Under the pieces are notes generated by a model. That model saw only the letters and a list, made by a program, of their open reading frames with translations. It had not been told where the DNA came from and did no database searches. The translations under genes were made by a program, and so were the position numbers. A stretch of 59,588 nucleotides of DNA, taken from contig NW_019218081.1 in NCBI RefSeq assembly GCF_002571385.2, positions 65,855-125,442 on the forward strand. The letters are read 5' to 3'. Positions 48,620-59,588 of this stretch are shown one piece after another. The stretch's first letter is position 1; each line of letters begins with the position of its first letter. This DNA comes from Stylophora pistillata (taxonomy: Eukaryota).

Positions 48620-50410
48620 ATGGCTTCAAAAGGCGTTCCGCGAAAATCCGTAGCTTTTAGAGAGGATAGCCCGCAAGAAATCTGGTGTAAATATTGTAGT
48701 AAGACTTACGAAGAGCCAAAAGTTCTTCCATGCTTACATACGTTTTGCAAGCGGTGTATTGGATTAATTGCGGGAGAAAACGAAAATAATCTGTTTTGTC
48801 CAATTTGTCGTTCAGAGGTGGACTTACCCTCGAGAAATCTGGACGATTTACAGCCTAATATAATTGTTATCAGGAAACTCGAAGAGTTTGAGAGACAAAA
48901 ACTGCGACAGCGGGAGGAGGATTGCAGCGGTTGCGAAAACGGCCAAAATCTGGCTTCACATAGGTGCATGGAGTGCCAAGAATTTCTCTGCGGTGACTGC
49001 ACGCTCGCTCATCGGAGAGTTAAATTCACACGCGAACACAAAATTTTGTCTCTGGAAGAATTCGTGGATAGAACAAATCCGATAGAGCACTCAACATCTG
49101 TGGCTTGTGTTGCACATTTTAGCGAAAGCGTAGACATGTATTGCAAAACTTGTAATTTATTAACGTGCATGGAATGTCGAAGAGGGACTGTTCATGAGGG
49201 ACACGATATCGTGACAATACAGAGCGCTGTTGACTCGCTTAAGCCGACACTTTTATCGTTGTTGGACTCTACGCAGAAAAATATTCCTGTCTTACAAAAG
49301 TCGGTGTACGAGATTATTAAGGTTTACGGTCGGTGGCAGAATAAAATCGATGATGTATCGTGGCAAATTCGGAGATGTTCGCGTCGTCTTATTCAAGCCA
49401 TAAAAGAGAAAGAGCATCAGTTGCTAAAGGAACTAAACACCATCAGAGATAATCGCGCTTCTGTACTAGTGAACCACAAGGACGAAATTGAAAGAAACTT
49501 GGTCTGTACCATCGATGGTTGCGATTTCTCCGAGGAGATTATCAAACATGGAAAAGATGGGGACATTCTAGCTGTAAATAGCTTAATTTGTAAACGATTG
49601 TGTGAGTTGCAGGAGAATAAGACCGAGGGAGGGTTGAGTACTGTCAAAGTGGGGTTTGATCCAGATGAGAGGCCCATTTTAGAAGCTATAAAAGAAACAT
49701 TTGGCTCAATAAGTATAGGTCATGAACCCGAAGAGCAATCTAACAGCGAGAAACCTGATAAAGCAACTGAGAAATCACAACTAACGAGTTCACTGCCCAA
49801 TGGAGGCAGTTCTGTATCTTTTGCTTTAGCTGATGATGAAGAATCTAGTCCCAGTACTCTCTCTTCAGACTCGCAAAAGCCTGACAAAGGCATAAGTTCT
49901 CCTTCAAATGTGCCTGCGCTTAACCAAGATCCAAAGTCTACAAACAAGGCAAAAGGTCGTCGATTCAGCTTCCCAGCTTTGACTGTTGGCAAAAAGTCAA
50001 GTGAACCTGTCGGAAAGTTAGCAACGACGGAATTCCTTATTCATACAACTGACAGCCGAGGACGCCCGAGAGAAGTCGGAATACAGCTCGAGTCTCCGGA
50101 CGGAAGTGTCATTTCCGCTAAAGTCCTCGACAACAAAAACGGAACCTATTCGATATTCTACTGTCCTCGGACCCCAGGCGAACACAATTTGTTCGTGAGC
50201 TTGTCCAGCAAACATATCAAGCATGGCAGACGCCTCTTAAATTTTTACGGTTCTTTCGCTGGGTTAAAAGGCGAGGAGTTGACACTGATTTGTAAAACTT
50301 TGTGTTTGATAAAATGGCACGTAACTCCTGGCCTGGTTCAAGTGAAAGACGGCAAGAAAGTTCCGAATCCTGATATAAATTTACAACAAGTTGGTCAATC
50401 AGAGGCGTGA
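48620..50410 (+). CDS. TRIM E3 ligase (RING, B-box1, B-box2, coiled coil, filamin), TRIM45-like
   Basis: CKYC..LPCLHTFCKRC..CPICR, CSGC..CMECQEFLCGDC..H, C..H..YCKTC..C.EC..H..H and DNKNGTYSIFYCP..PGEH. Single 596-codon ORF. Confidence 0.9.
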   Translation: MASKGVPRKSVAFREDSPQEIWCKYCSKTYEEPKVLPCLHTFCKRCIGLIAGENENNLFCPICRSEVDLPSRNLDDLQPNIIVIRKLEEFERQKLRQREEDCSGCENGQNLASHRCMECQEFLCGDCTLAHRRVKFTREHKILSLEEFVDRTNPIEHSTSVACVAHFSESVDMYCKTCNLLTCMECRRGTVHEGHDIVTIQSAVDSLKPTLLSLLDSTQKNIPVLQKSVYEIIKVYGRWQNKIDDVSWQIRRCSRRLIQAIKEKEHQLLKELNTIRDNRASVLVNHKDEIERNLVCTIDGCDFSEEIIKHGKDGDILAVNSLICKRLCELQENKTEGGLSTVKVGFDPDERPILEAIKETFGSISIGHEPEEQSNSEKPDKATEKSQLTSSLPNGGSSVSFALADDEESSPSTLSSDSQKPDKGISSPSNVPALNQDPKSTNKAKGRRFSFPALTVGKKSSEPVGKLATTEFLIHTTDSRGRPREVGIQLESPDGSVISAKVLDNKNGTYSIFYCPRTPGEHNLFVSLSSKHIKHGRRLLNFYGSFAGLKGEELTLICKTLCLIKWHVTPGLVQVKDGKKVPNPDINLQQVGQSEA

Positions 50411-50431
50411 CCGTCTAACCAGTCGTGATAA

Positions 50432-50522
50432 CCGCCTCCCGGTTAGCTCAATGGATAGAGCACTGGACTGTAGTGCGGGAGGTCGAGGGTTCGAGGCCCG
50501 GCCGGACCAACACTCAGGGTCT
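50432..50522 (+). mobile_element. tRNA-derived SINE head, truncated by gap
   Basis: CCCGGTTAGCTCAATGGATAGAGC..GGTTCGAGGCCCGGCCGGACCAACACTCAGGGTCT, same family as 41060-41422. Confidence 0.8.
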
Positions 50523-50670
50523 NNNNNNNNNNNNNNNNNNNNNGGGCTGGGTGGGTTAGGACAGCAGGTCCACATCAGCTATTACAGCTGCCAATTAATC
50601 AACCTGCTTAAACAAATAAATGAACTTGAACTTGAACAACTTGATAGTCATTAGCGTGACAATTCTTTCC

Positions 50671-50953
50671 CAGGGGCGGATCCAGGAACTTTTGATTGGG
50701 GGTGTCCAAACTTTGGTTCAGGAAGGACTGTTGGACTCTTGAGGCAAATTACTTCTCCCCCACACCCCCTCCCACCAGTCGCGGTTGCACGTTAAAATTC
50801 TTACCGTTTACTTGGATTCATTAAAAAAATCAGCCAATTAAAAACTGATATACGATCTTGTCGATGAAAGAATTTCAGTCTCAAAGTTGTAAGCGTCAGG
50901 TCTGATGGGGGGCGATCCGGACTCCCCGGACCCTCCCCCTGGATCCGCCACTG
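50671..50953. mobile_element. Non-autonomous hAT-type MITE
   Basis: TIRs CAGGGGCGGATCCAGG / CCTGGATCCGCCACTG. No clean 8-bp TSD. Confidence 0.8.
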
Positions 50954-53885
50954 TTTCCCTCTCCTCTCCATCAGCTTTCTCTTCTTCGAGACTACCGAAT
51001 TAAAATCAGACTCAATACGGAGCCACGATGGCCATTCTTCCCCTACTACTCCTCAGTGGGTTTCTCTTTTTCAGGACTAGTGAGTTCAATCAAACTCAGT
51101 ACGGAATATAAACCTTGCATATTTTTTGAAACGCGAGTCAAAATCAGTTTAGTGCACTGTTCTGTCTGTTTAATTCTTGGTCGTTCACGATTTGTGGACA
51201 CAATCACGTTAGAAGTGATATTATTTTGATATTTTCAGGGGATGATTGCCTGTTTACGAGTACAATAGTTAAATTTAGATTACAATAAAATCCCAACGAA
51301 ACTTTCGCGAGGAAAATCAATGAAGGGGTCTAACAGCACTTCTCAGGCACAGCAAATCCTGTATTCGTATCAAAAGCAGTATCTCCTTTAGTGATAAGTT
51401 ATCCCGATCACAGATGACTTGTCATAGATTCATTCGTATCAGATGAACATCAGCCCTTGCTTGTATATCAAACAATCAGTTATGTCGGCCAAAATTAAGC
51501 GCCGGATAGCAATTTCAATCACAGTTTAGTGAAAGGATCGTTGAAAATCTCCAGAAATATCGAGCATCTACTAAACTGCAAGCACGCTCGGCTGGGTGTT
51601 TAGGAGAGCACTTCCCATTCTGCTCTCTCGACTCACTCCCCTCTCCCTCTCTTTTTGTACATACCGGCCCGAAAGGACAGCTGGGTACTAGTGTGTTAGT
51701 GCCAGTATGTCCATCCATAGTTAGTAGACTAACTATGGTCCATCTCATAATGCTATCCGCACATAACAACGATCAGCCAATCAAGCAGCTCAAGTTTTTT
51801 AGAGGCTCAAATCTTACGTGAAAAATGGTCTCATTCACACCAGCCTGGAAATCAGTTAAGTAGGTGCAGAAAGTTGTTTAGAATGTTCGCCTGCGATTGA
51901 GGTTTGAAATCAGTCGATGGTTCTTGTCTTGCTTCGTGATATTTGAAGTTGTTACAGCGCAAACAACTAAGATGATCATCCATTGCTCAAAGAAAAATTT
52001 ATTTATTTTTCGTTATTAAAACCAGTTTTGCGACTTGATGTTGACATACACTGGTGTTTAACAGGATTACACTAATTTTCACAACATATCTTCCATATAT
52101 ACATATCGATATATTTTCATAATATATCTGTTCTCTAACGGCGAGGGCTTGAAGATAACGTTTGAAATTCTTCAATCCTTTTCTGCTGGACACCTTGTCA
52201 GCAAAACTAATGTATATATCGTAATAGATAACAACAGAAGCTGATGACCTGGAATCAGGGTTTTAACGGCTTCTGATAATAACAAACAAGGCAGGAACAA
52301 GGCATGAGAGGGGATGAAAATAAAACATACAGCAACTTATCATCATGTATGTCTCAGGCCTCAGTTGAAAGATTATTGCTTTGTAAGAACTCTTTAACAC
52401 TAGGAAAGAAATCAGTAAACTTAATGCCACTTGTTTTGAAAGGTATTTTTGAAATTATTCAATATTTTCATTCTCTAAATATTAGATATACTAAGTATAT
52501 GGAAAATGTAAAGAGACATTTCAGATCAACAGACTGTAATCCCACTTTTCCGAAAGCACTTTGCAAGTCAAGACTTTGTCAAAGAAAACGAATATCGTTA
52601 TACTAAAATCCTTTGAAAGCTAGGAAATAAATGAGATATACTGCTTTACAGACTATAACTATTGTTTAAGTTGTTCTGGTTAAAACATGGAAACCCCTGG
52701 TACTTCATCATTTTGTCATATTGATGTCATCATTTTTTCATATTGATATCATCATTTTGTCATATTGATATCATTTTGTTATTTTCCCTCTTGAACGAGT
52801 TTAATCAGTTCCCTTCCAATTCAGCTTTATTAAGAAATTATATTCCCTTGGCTTTTTTTTTCATTTAAGATTGAGTGTGTAGAAAAATTATAAAAGCTGA
52901 CCAGACTGATGAGAAAACCAAGAGGACATAATGGGATATAGCTATTTTTTCTTAGAAAAACTTAAAGGAACCGGTGATCATGAAACTTAAGAGAGAAAAA
53001 GGTTTACGAATCAGTGTATAAACACCGGATAACAACAGGGAGCATGTCGGGATTGGTTTAAGTTTTGCATCTGATTGGTCGAGAAGGACAAGTGAATCTT
53101 GTAGATCAATCAATAAGCCGGCAAAATCAATCAAGCCGGTAAAACCATTCTAGTTGTATGTTGTAGAGTATTTTGAAGGATTGCTATTTTGAGTATTTTT
53201 AGGTTTACCTTTTGTTTTTTTTAGTCTAGCTTTTTGTGTCGACGTGTTGTTTTTGTAGTTCTTTTGCCTTGACCTTATGTTTCTAGTATGTACTTAAACT
53301 ATTCTTAGTGCACAGATTTTTCTTGTTACCTTGTTAGATTTCATAATCGCTTGTTATGGTTAGAAAAGGCTAGTTTCATAGGTGGTAATGTTTGTGTTGG
53401 TAAAACTGACCTTGAGTTTTACGCACACTGAAGATCCTGTTTGTGCGCAGCTCGATCACTGGCGTACGTTTAATTGATTCCTTGGTGCTCGCCAAGTGCT
53501 TCGGGGCGAGCCACCCAATTCCCCCCTTTGCAAAACAACGAATGCACTCTGGAGTCTCCCACGGTCAGCTAACCCAAGTATGTCTGTGATTTTTGCATTT
53601 AATGCGTGGGCACTCCTTGCTAAAAGTAGAAGAAAAGTAGCAGCAGCAGTAGAGATAGAACGGACCTGAAACATTGTAGTAGGGAAGAAAAAAAAAGAGA
53701 GAAGAGTCCAGAGTCTCAGTACTTCTCTTTAAAAGCCAAGCGAGTGGTAAAGACCCCCAACACGTACATTATTTTGGACACTAAACTAAAAATTCCTCGA
53801 CCATCCATGCAGTGCTCCCCTACCTAATCACTGACAAAAGCAGAATAATTGTATTCGTTAGTTTCTTCTTTTAACTGGTTTATGA

Positions 53886-56303
53886 TCACTCATTGGGAAA
53901 GTAGAAAACCTTAACAGAGTTATTGCCGGCATCTGTGACAGCTACCCGGCCTTCAGGAGTGTAATCAATGCCTAGCGGCCCATTCAACTGCCCGTCACCA
54001 CTCGTTTTTCAGCCAAACTTTGTGACAAAACGCAAGTGCGAGTTAAACACTTGCACGCGATTGGTGCGATCGGAGACGAAGATGTACCCGGATGAGTCGA
54101 CTGTTATTCCCGAGGGATAGTGGAACTCTCCATCCCCGGTGCCAGGTCTTCCAAACTTCCGTTCAAATTTCCCCATCGGATCGAAAATTTGTACACGATG
54201 GTTCGAAGTATCTGTGACGAAAATTTCGCCTTCTTGCGAAGTAGTGATGTAGGAAGGGTTGTTGAATTCTCCATCTTTTGTCCCTAAAGACCCAAACTGG
54301 TTGCAGTAGACTCCATCGCTGTCGAAGACAACAATTCTGTGGTTCTGTTGGTCTGTGACTAGTAGCTGGCCTTCCTCATCCATAGCTACACCCGTGGGGC
54401 TTTTCAAATCCCCCGCACTCCGTCCTTTGCATGATATAACTTTAGACAGGACCCCATCCATACTAAACACTTGAATACGATTATTCTGTTGATCAGCGAC
54501 GGCTATTTGTCCAGCTTGAGAAAAGCACAGACCGGTTGGGGATTTGAACTTGCCGACATCTTCCCCCGAACTGCCAAACTGTCGCAGAAATCCTCCCTTA
54601 CTGGTAAACAGTTGAATTCTATCATTCAGCGTGTCTGCCACAGCTATGATACCATTGCAGGCCGCAGCCACATCACTCGGACCATGCAGCTCGCCTCTCC
54701 TCTTCCCCTTGTAACCAAACCGTAAACAAACAGGAGGAGACTTTGTGGCGAAGCACATGTGACCTTTCTTTGCGTCCACCGTGTAAGGACTCTCTTCTGC
54801 GTGTTCTCCGCGTATTAAAACCGAGATCACATGTTCTCCGTGAATTCTTGGCGTGTAACTGACGGTGTAAAGGCGTGAGCTGTTCTCAGTTATGTTGGAG
54901 GTGAGAATAACTAAGTCGGGAGTCTCGATGCGAACGTCTATGACGTGTTTAGATATCTCCGTACCTTCTCGCACAGCTAAAGCAAAACTTGAGATTTTGC
55001 CAACTGCGGCGTTGAACAATCCTTCCCCAATAAGTCGAACCGTAGGAGGCATGATGCTGCTTTCAAGTTTTCCACCTCTATTTATGACGTCGAATAACAG
55101 GTCTTCTTCAGTGACGTAGTCCAATTCAGGTCCTTCGGTTGGTGACATGTCCTGAATCAGGTTCATTAAGCTTTGCAATCGCCCCGTCATAAAATCTTTC
55201 ACCTTTGTTACTTCAGTGGCACTTCCTTCTCTTAACATCATCTCGATAAGTCCACAATTGCTTTCGATATCTCTGATTCCTTTGTACAACCGTTCCTTTT
55301 GTTGCTCTAGCAAAGTAACTTTGTATTCTCTCATGGCGCCCAAATCTTTTAACAGTCGCGCTTCTCTTTCTTTCAAAGCCCTGATATAGCGCGTTGTCGA
55401 GCTCTTAATTTGCTCCTCAATTGCAAGAGCGTGCTGTGGAATATCCCCGCACGCTTCTTCGATCTCCAACAAGGCCCTTTTTACAAAAGGACTCCTCATT
55501 TTAATCGCACCGAGAAGCGTGGATATTTCTTGCCTATGTTTGCTCGAAGCTTCCCTTAGCGGTTCAAATGTATGCGTTGTTTTGGGGTGATTCACAATAG
55601 TGCACTCTCTGCAGATCAGCTTGTCGCATGTCTGGCAAAAATACGTGAGCTCTTCGCGGCCATGATCTGAGCAGTTGTCAGCGCTGCACTGTGAATTATT
55701 ATTTTCCTCGTCATTGGTCGTCAGCTCATTTAGCGAGATAATTTGATGTTCTCTTGTAACACGCACCCTTCTATGAGCAGCCGTGCACTTGTCGCATAGA
55801 AATTCTGAGCAATCGCTGCATTGTCCTGTAGCTTCAGCGTTATCTTCGCAGTTTCCGCACCGGACTGGTACCTTTTTCTCTTCCAAGACAAAATTTCTCT
55901 TTTGGAGTGTTGCACCGATGAGAAAGTTGACTGGCAACTCATCAATTCCTTTACTGCCTAACTCGCTCGGTAACGAACATACTGGGCAAATAACAGTTCC
56001 TTCAACACCAGAATCGTTATCCACCAGACTCTCGATGCAACTTTTACAAAAGCTATGAAGACACCGCAGAAATTTCGGCCGACGGAAAAGTTGTTTGCAC
56101 ACTGTACACAGAAGGGAAGGATCGTTTAAAACATTTCCATTCTTCGCCGATATTTGAGAAACTTTGGATCCATCAGGAATAATCCCATTTCTTGTCATGT
56201 GAATTTTATCCAGGTTTTCGAGAGAATTCCAGCGATTTGGTTGCGTAATATCGTCGAAATAATCTTCAACGGCTAAACTTTCCCAGGTTTTCCAACGTCT
56301 CAT
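53886..56303 (-). CDS. TRIM-NHL protein (RING, 2 B-boxes, coiled coil, filamin, 6 NHL repeats; TRIM2/3/71-like) with an in-frame TGA at 54009-54011
   Basis: ATG at 56303. Five NHL repeats precede the TGA, and 40 more codons after it form a sixth repeat ending at a TGA at 53886. Confidence 0.9.
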
Positions 56304-58445
56304 CGTGATAGCGATTCGCTTCAAAGCAGTTTAATTTTGAACTTCAATCTAAAATATTAGTCTTTCACTTTGCAGCCATGGAGACAGAAACCAAGAGAAA
56401 ACATGTCTTCAGTCGCAAGCGATGTCTTGAAAGCGACTTTCTCGCTTCAGTCTGAACAACTGCAACAAAAAAAGTTACTTTCAACTTGGGTAATTACCAA
56501 AACTTGACAGTTCTCTTGTTTAATCGTAGCATGAAATGGCTACCTTGCTGATTAATTTAATATGAAAATGCTTGTGATACTTTAGAGGCAGTGGGTGGTA
56601 ATGAGTTGCAAATAATTTATGCGTTAGCAAGGGAAGTTGTAAGCGTTATTGATAACTTTTGCATCATCTTTTGAGGGGGAACGAAAGAGGCGGCAATGAC
56701 ATGGTGTCTGTGTCAAAAAACTCACGAACTTGACTTAGTGCACTCTTATTTTTACGAATTTCTCTGGAAAGGGGGCGAAGGTTATGTTTTTGTCGCATCG
56801 AGGCCCAGAATCAAGCTTTTGTCATTATCAAAACTTTCCCAAACTGAATAATTTCAAACATTTTCCTTAGATTCCTCTGTCTTTTAAAAGAAGGAATCAA
56901 GGTGTCGAAAAAAAAGGATTGTATCTGGAGCTTCTCGCAAAATTTCAAGCAATATACCGCCGCTTTAACGCTTATTATGCATAAAAATGTTTTTAAATAC
57001 CTTCATCGTGCAAGAAGAGCCAAAGGCACTCGGTGCGGTTAACAGGTGGCTGTTATCAAACTTAAGGACGTAAACCAATCACGTTGCTGCACAGTTACGA
57101 TTTAGAAATTCTGTTTATTTTGTTAAAAGCTGTTTAGAAACGCAGCATGGAAATAAGTACAATTGATTTGGTGGCAATACCCCTTCTTTAAAAATGACTC
57201 AAATCGCATTTTTAGCTGAGGAAATTGCGAGGACTGTAACTCAAACTGATCTATCGATAGATAAGGCAGTATGATGCAGGATCCTCGCAGTAGAGAGCGC
57301 TATTTATGCAATAGGCAGTATTACACAATTTTCGTTTTATCTTCCCACACCAAACCGCAGTACCTGTTTCTAAGCATAGCATTTACGTAAGTTTACTTGT
57401 AAGAGATGTCAATAGTTTATAAATAGATTACGTCGCAACATTTAGCAATGACAATAAAAGTTGCACGATATATCACTCAGGTCAAGAAAAATTGAGAATA
57501 CCACGACTTTATGTCATCGCTTTTTTCGATCCAATGATGCTGGTTTGAGAAGTGTTGCATTCTACTTAAAACCTTTAAATTAAACGGCCCAAGATATGTT
57601 TGTGTTTTTTAACTAGGTAAGTTACACGTCGGCATTGGCATAACCACTTTGTTCAGCTTCCCTTTACAGCTAGGGGGGGAGGGGGCTGGGGGTCTTTGAG
57701 TTCTCAAAGAATGGCTGCGAAGGTGACTGGAGTGATGATTAATTTAGTTTGATGCGACCCATCATCAGGGTCAAAGTGAAGAGTCTTCGAAACGCCAGCC
57801 ATAGAGGAACAATTAAATGCAGGGAGCCTCGGACGAAAGGAAAATCTCAGCCGCTTCTTTCTTTTGAAAGCCAGTCATAGAAACATACGTTCAAATTTAG
57901 AGGAGCACAAGTTACTACAGGGTCACTTTTCATTCCAAATCCTATTCATGACGCCCGATCAGCGGAAACCAGAGAAAAAGAAGGCGCGCGAAAAAAGGTG
58001 CGTCAACGTCACAAGGCCACCTCGATAAAAGGTTCTCCATCGTTTCTGCCGCCAGTAGTTGGTCAAAAGGTTTCTCATTTTTTTGGGAACTATTTTTATT
58101 TCAAACAAACACGCGGAAGTATCGATAAAAAAATGTAATCCTTATCAGAACATTAAAAATACCCATTAAAAATTAAAGGGTTACGTGCCTTGTTGTATTC
58201 TTGTAGACAGTCATCTGGAAGAAAAAATTTCACAAATGCATTAACCACCATATATAATTAAATAGTGCTTTTACTATGCTTCAAAGCACACATAGTGTAG
58301 CGCCTGATTATATTTGTAAGCTTATTAGTTTACGATTCCTACTAAATGCAAACAAATGTTTAATCAGAAACTTGTCTAGATAGCCCCAAGAGACAAGATG
58401 TAAACTACACTACGAGCAAGGGCCTTTCCCTCTTCAACCACGAAC

Positions 58446-58661
58446 CAGTAGTATAGGACGGGTGTATGGTCTAAACCAATGAAGGAATGACACGTCATCA
58501 AATAACGTTAAGTCACAAACAACCAACCAATTAAATGAAAATACGTCACACAACACTAAACCAATCATGCAAAACAACATCACAAATTTTGTGACGTAAT
58601 GTTATTTAATGACGTGTCATTCGCTTATTGGTTGAGACCATACACCCGCCCTATACTACTG
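58446..58661. mobile_element. MITE with ~60-bp imperfect TIRs
   Basis: CAGTAGTATAGGACGGGTGTATGGTCT..AATGACACGTCAT / ATGACGTGTCATT..AGACCATACACCCGCCCTATACTACTG. Confidence 0.85.
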
Positions 58662-59588
58662 TCAACCTAGTGACATCACTGGCCTGGACTCTACCTCTAG
58701 TTATAAGCGTAATATAAAAACTTACCTTTTTCAGCCGAGCTTTCAGTTTGTTTCCCCAGTCATGTAGTGTTTTATTTTTTTCAAGGGAATTATTAGGTTT
58801 GGTGAAATATTTGTTTATTTTTAAGTTTACATTGTTTTTAATTAGTTTCCACAATTAACAAGAATTTTTGTTTTCTGTGAAGTGTATTTGATCATAATTC
58901 CATGTAATTTGCGCAATACAAATTCTAATTGTTATTATTATTATAGAATTATTGTAAAAAGTATTGGTAAAGTACTGACGTCTAGTGTGAAAACGTCAAA
59001 TGTCAAAATTCAAACTCAATCGTGCCGAACCATCACTCTTTCCTTCTTGTCATACAGAGTAAAATCAGTTTTATCAACTGAGTTGATAGTGTAGATTGGC
59101 CACTGTAAAAAGTTTCAAAGCTGGCTTACTCCCTTTTCTTAGAAAATAGTCTAGCTCAGTAGAAGATGGTCGAGGATTACTTCTTTACAGAATGCTAAAG
59201 AAAGCCAGCGAAGGAAAAACATGGATGGTGACGTCAAGGAATAGGATTTGCGTATTCGATAGAGACACTTTTTTTGTAGAGAACAGCGAGGAAGAATGTA
59301 GCTGAAGGATGAAATACAAGAAAGAAATTCTAGTATTAAGTTCGAAATGAGATGGAACGCCATACCTTTCCGCTTGCCTTCGAGTTACTGGGTCTTAAAA
59401 AAGACATAGCTATCACCTTTGTCGACTTTCATCGTCGACAATTAAAATACACTTGCAAATGGATTAAAAGAAGAAACATTAAAGTGCACCTGACCCCTAA
59501 ATTTCTTTTTCACTTAAAAAAAATCTTCCTGCTTTGGTAAGTATTTCTTCGAAAAAATTGTTAGTTTTGGTTAAACCCTCATTTTTTT

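Noticed and set aside
50432-50522. Functional tRNA genes here, at 41340-41422 and at 33281-33356
   Set aside because: They have A and B boxes but poor stems, and they continue into repeat bodies, so they are tRNA-derived repeats.
52700-52780. Three ~22-bp tandem units; also a 20-bp doublet near 30288-30327 and (GAA)n near 23588-23614
   Set aside because: Ordinary slippage repeats with no further structure.
53400-53885. SECIS element for the in-frame TGA
   Set aside because: By eye I found no RUGA-helix-AA-GA structure with convincing pairing. A SECIS search is still needed.
57750-57800. Hammerhead ribozyme (CTGATGA on the minus strand)
   Set aside because: No properly placed GAAA or closing stems.
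59480-59588. TTAAAG-starting element end (Kolobok-like MITE)
   Set aside because: It is cut by the window edge, so there is no second end to confirm it.

Overview
Eukaryotic (animal) genomic DNA from a draft assembly, with gaps at about 3385-3535, 8564, 11100, 13392, 38245, 39331, 47040 and 50523-50543. Spliceosomal introns, gene content and repeat types suggest a cnidarian such as a stony coral (inference). The first ~29 kb is a dense, nested transposon cluster. It holds one apparently intact two-gene ISL2EU-type element (THAP-DDE transposase facing a spliced SAP-SWIM-YqaJ nuclease gene), three decayed relatives, BEL/Pao and Gypsy pieces, an open hAT transposase, piggyBac, CACTA/EnSpm, Merlin and L2 remnants, and a possible Polinton-like end. 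It also holds a decayed pair made of a RAG1/Transib-like transposase facing a spliced chromodomain gene, which is my best candidate for an undescribed system. One orphan PA14-domain exon lies among these elements. The right half holds host genes: a 12-exon PIGU with a duplicated 3' end, a small GxxxG-repeat ORF, an intronless FAM92/CIBAR BAR gene, a TRIM45-like gene, and a TRIM-NHL gene whose sixth NHL repeat lies behind an in-frame TGA. A 23 x 106 bp satellite built from a MITE end, SINEs and several MITEs are also present. All family calls come from motifs read by eye; no searches were run.
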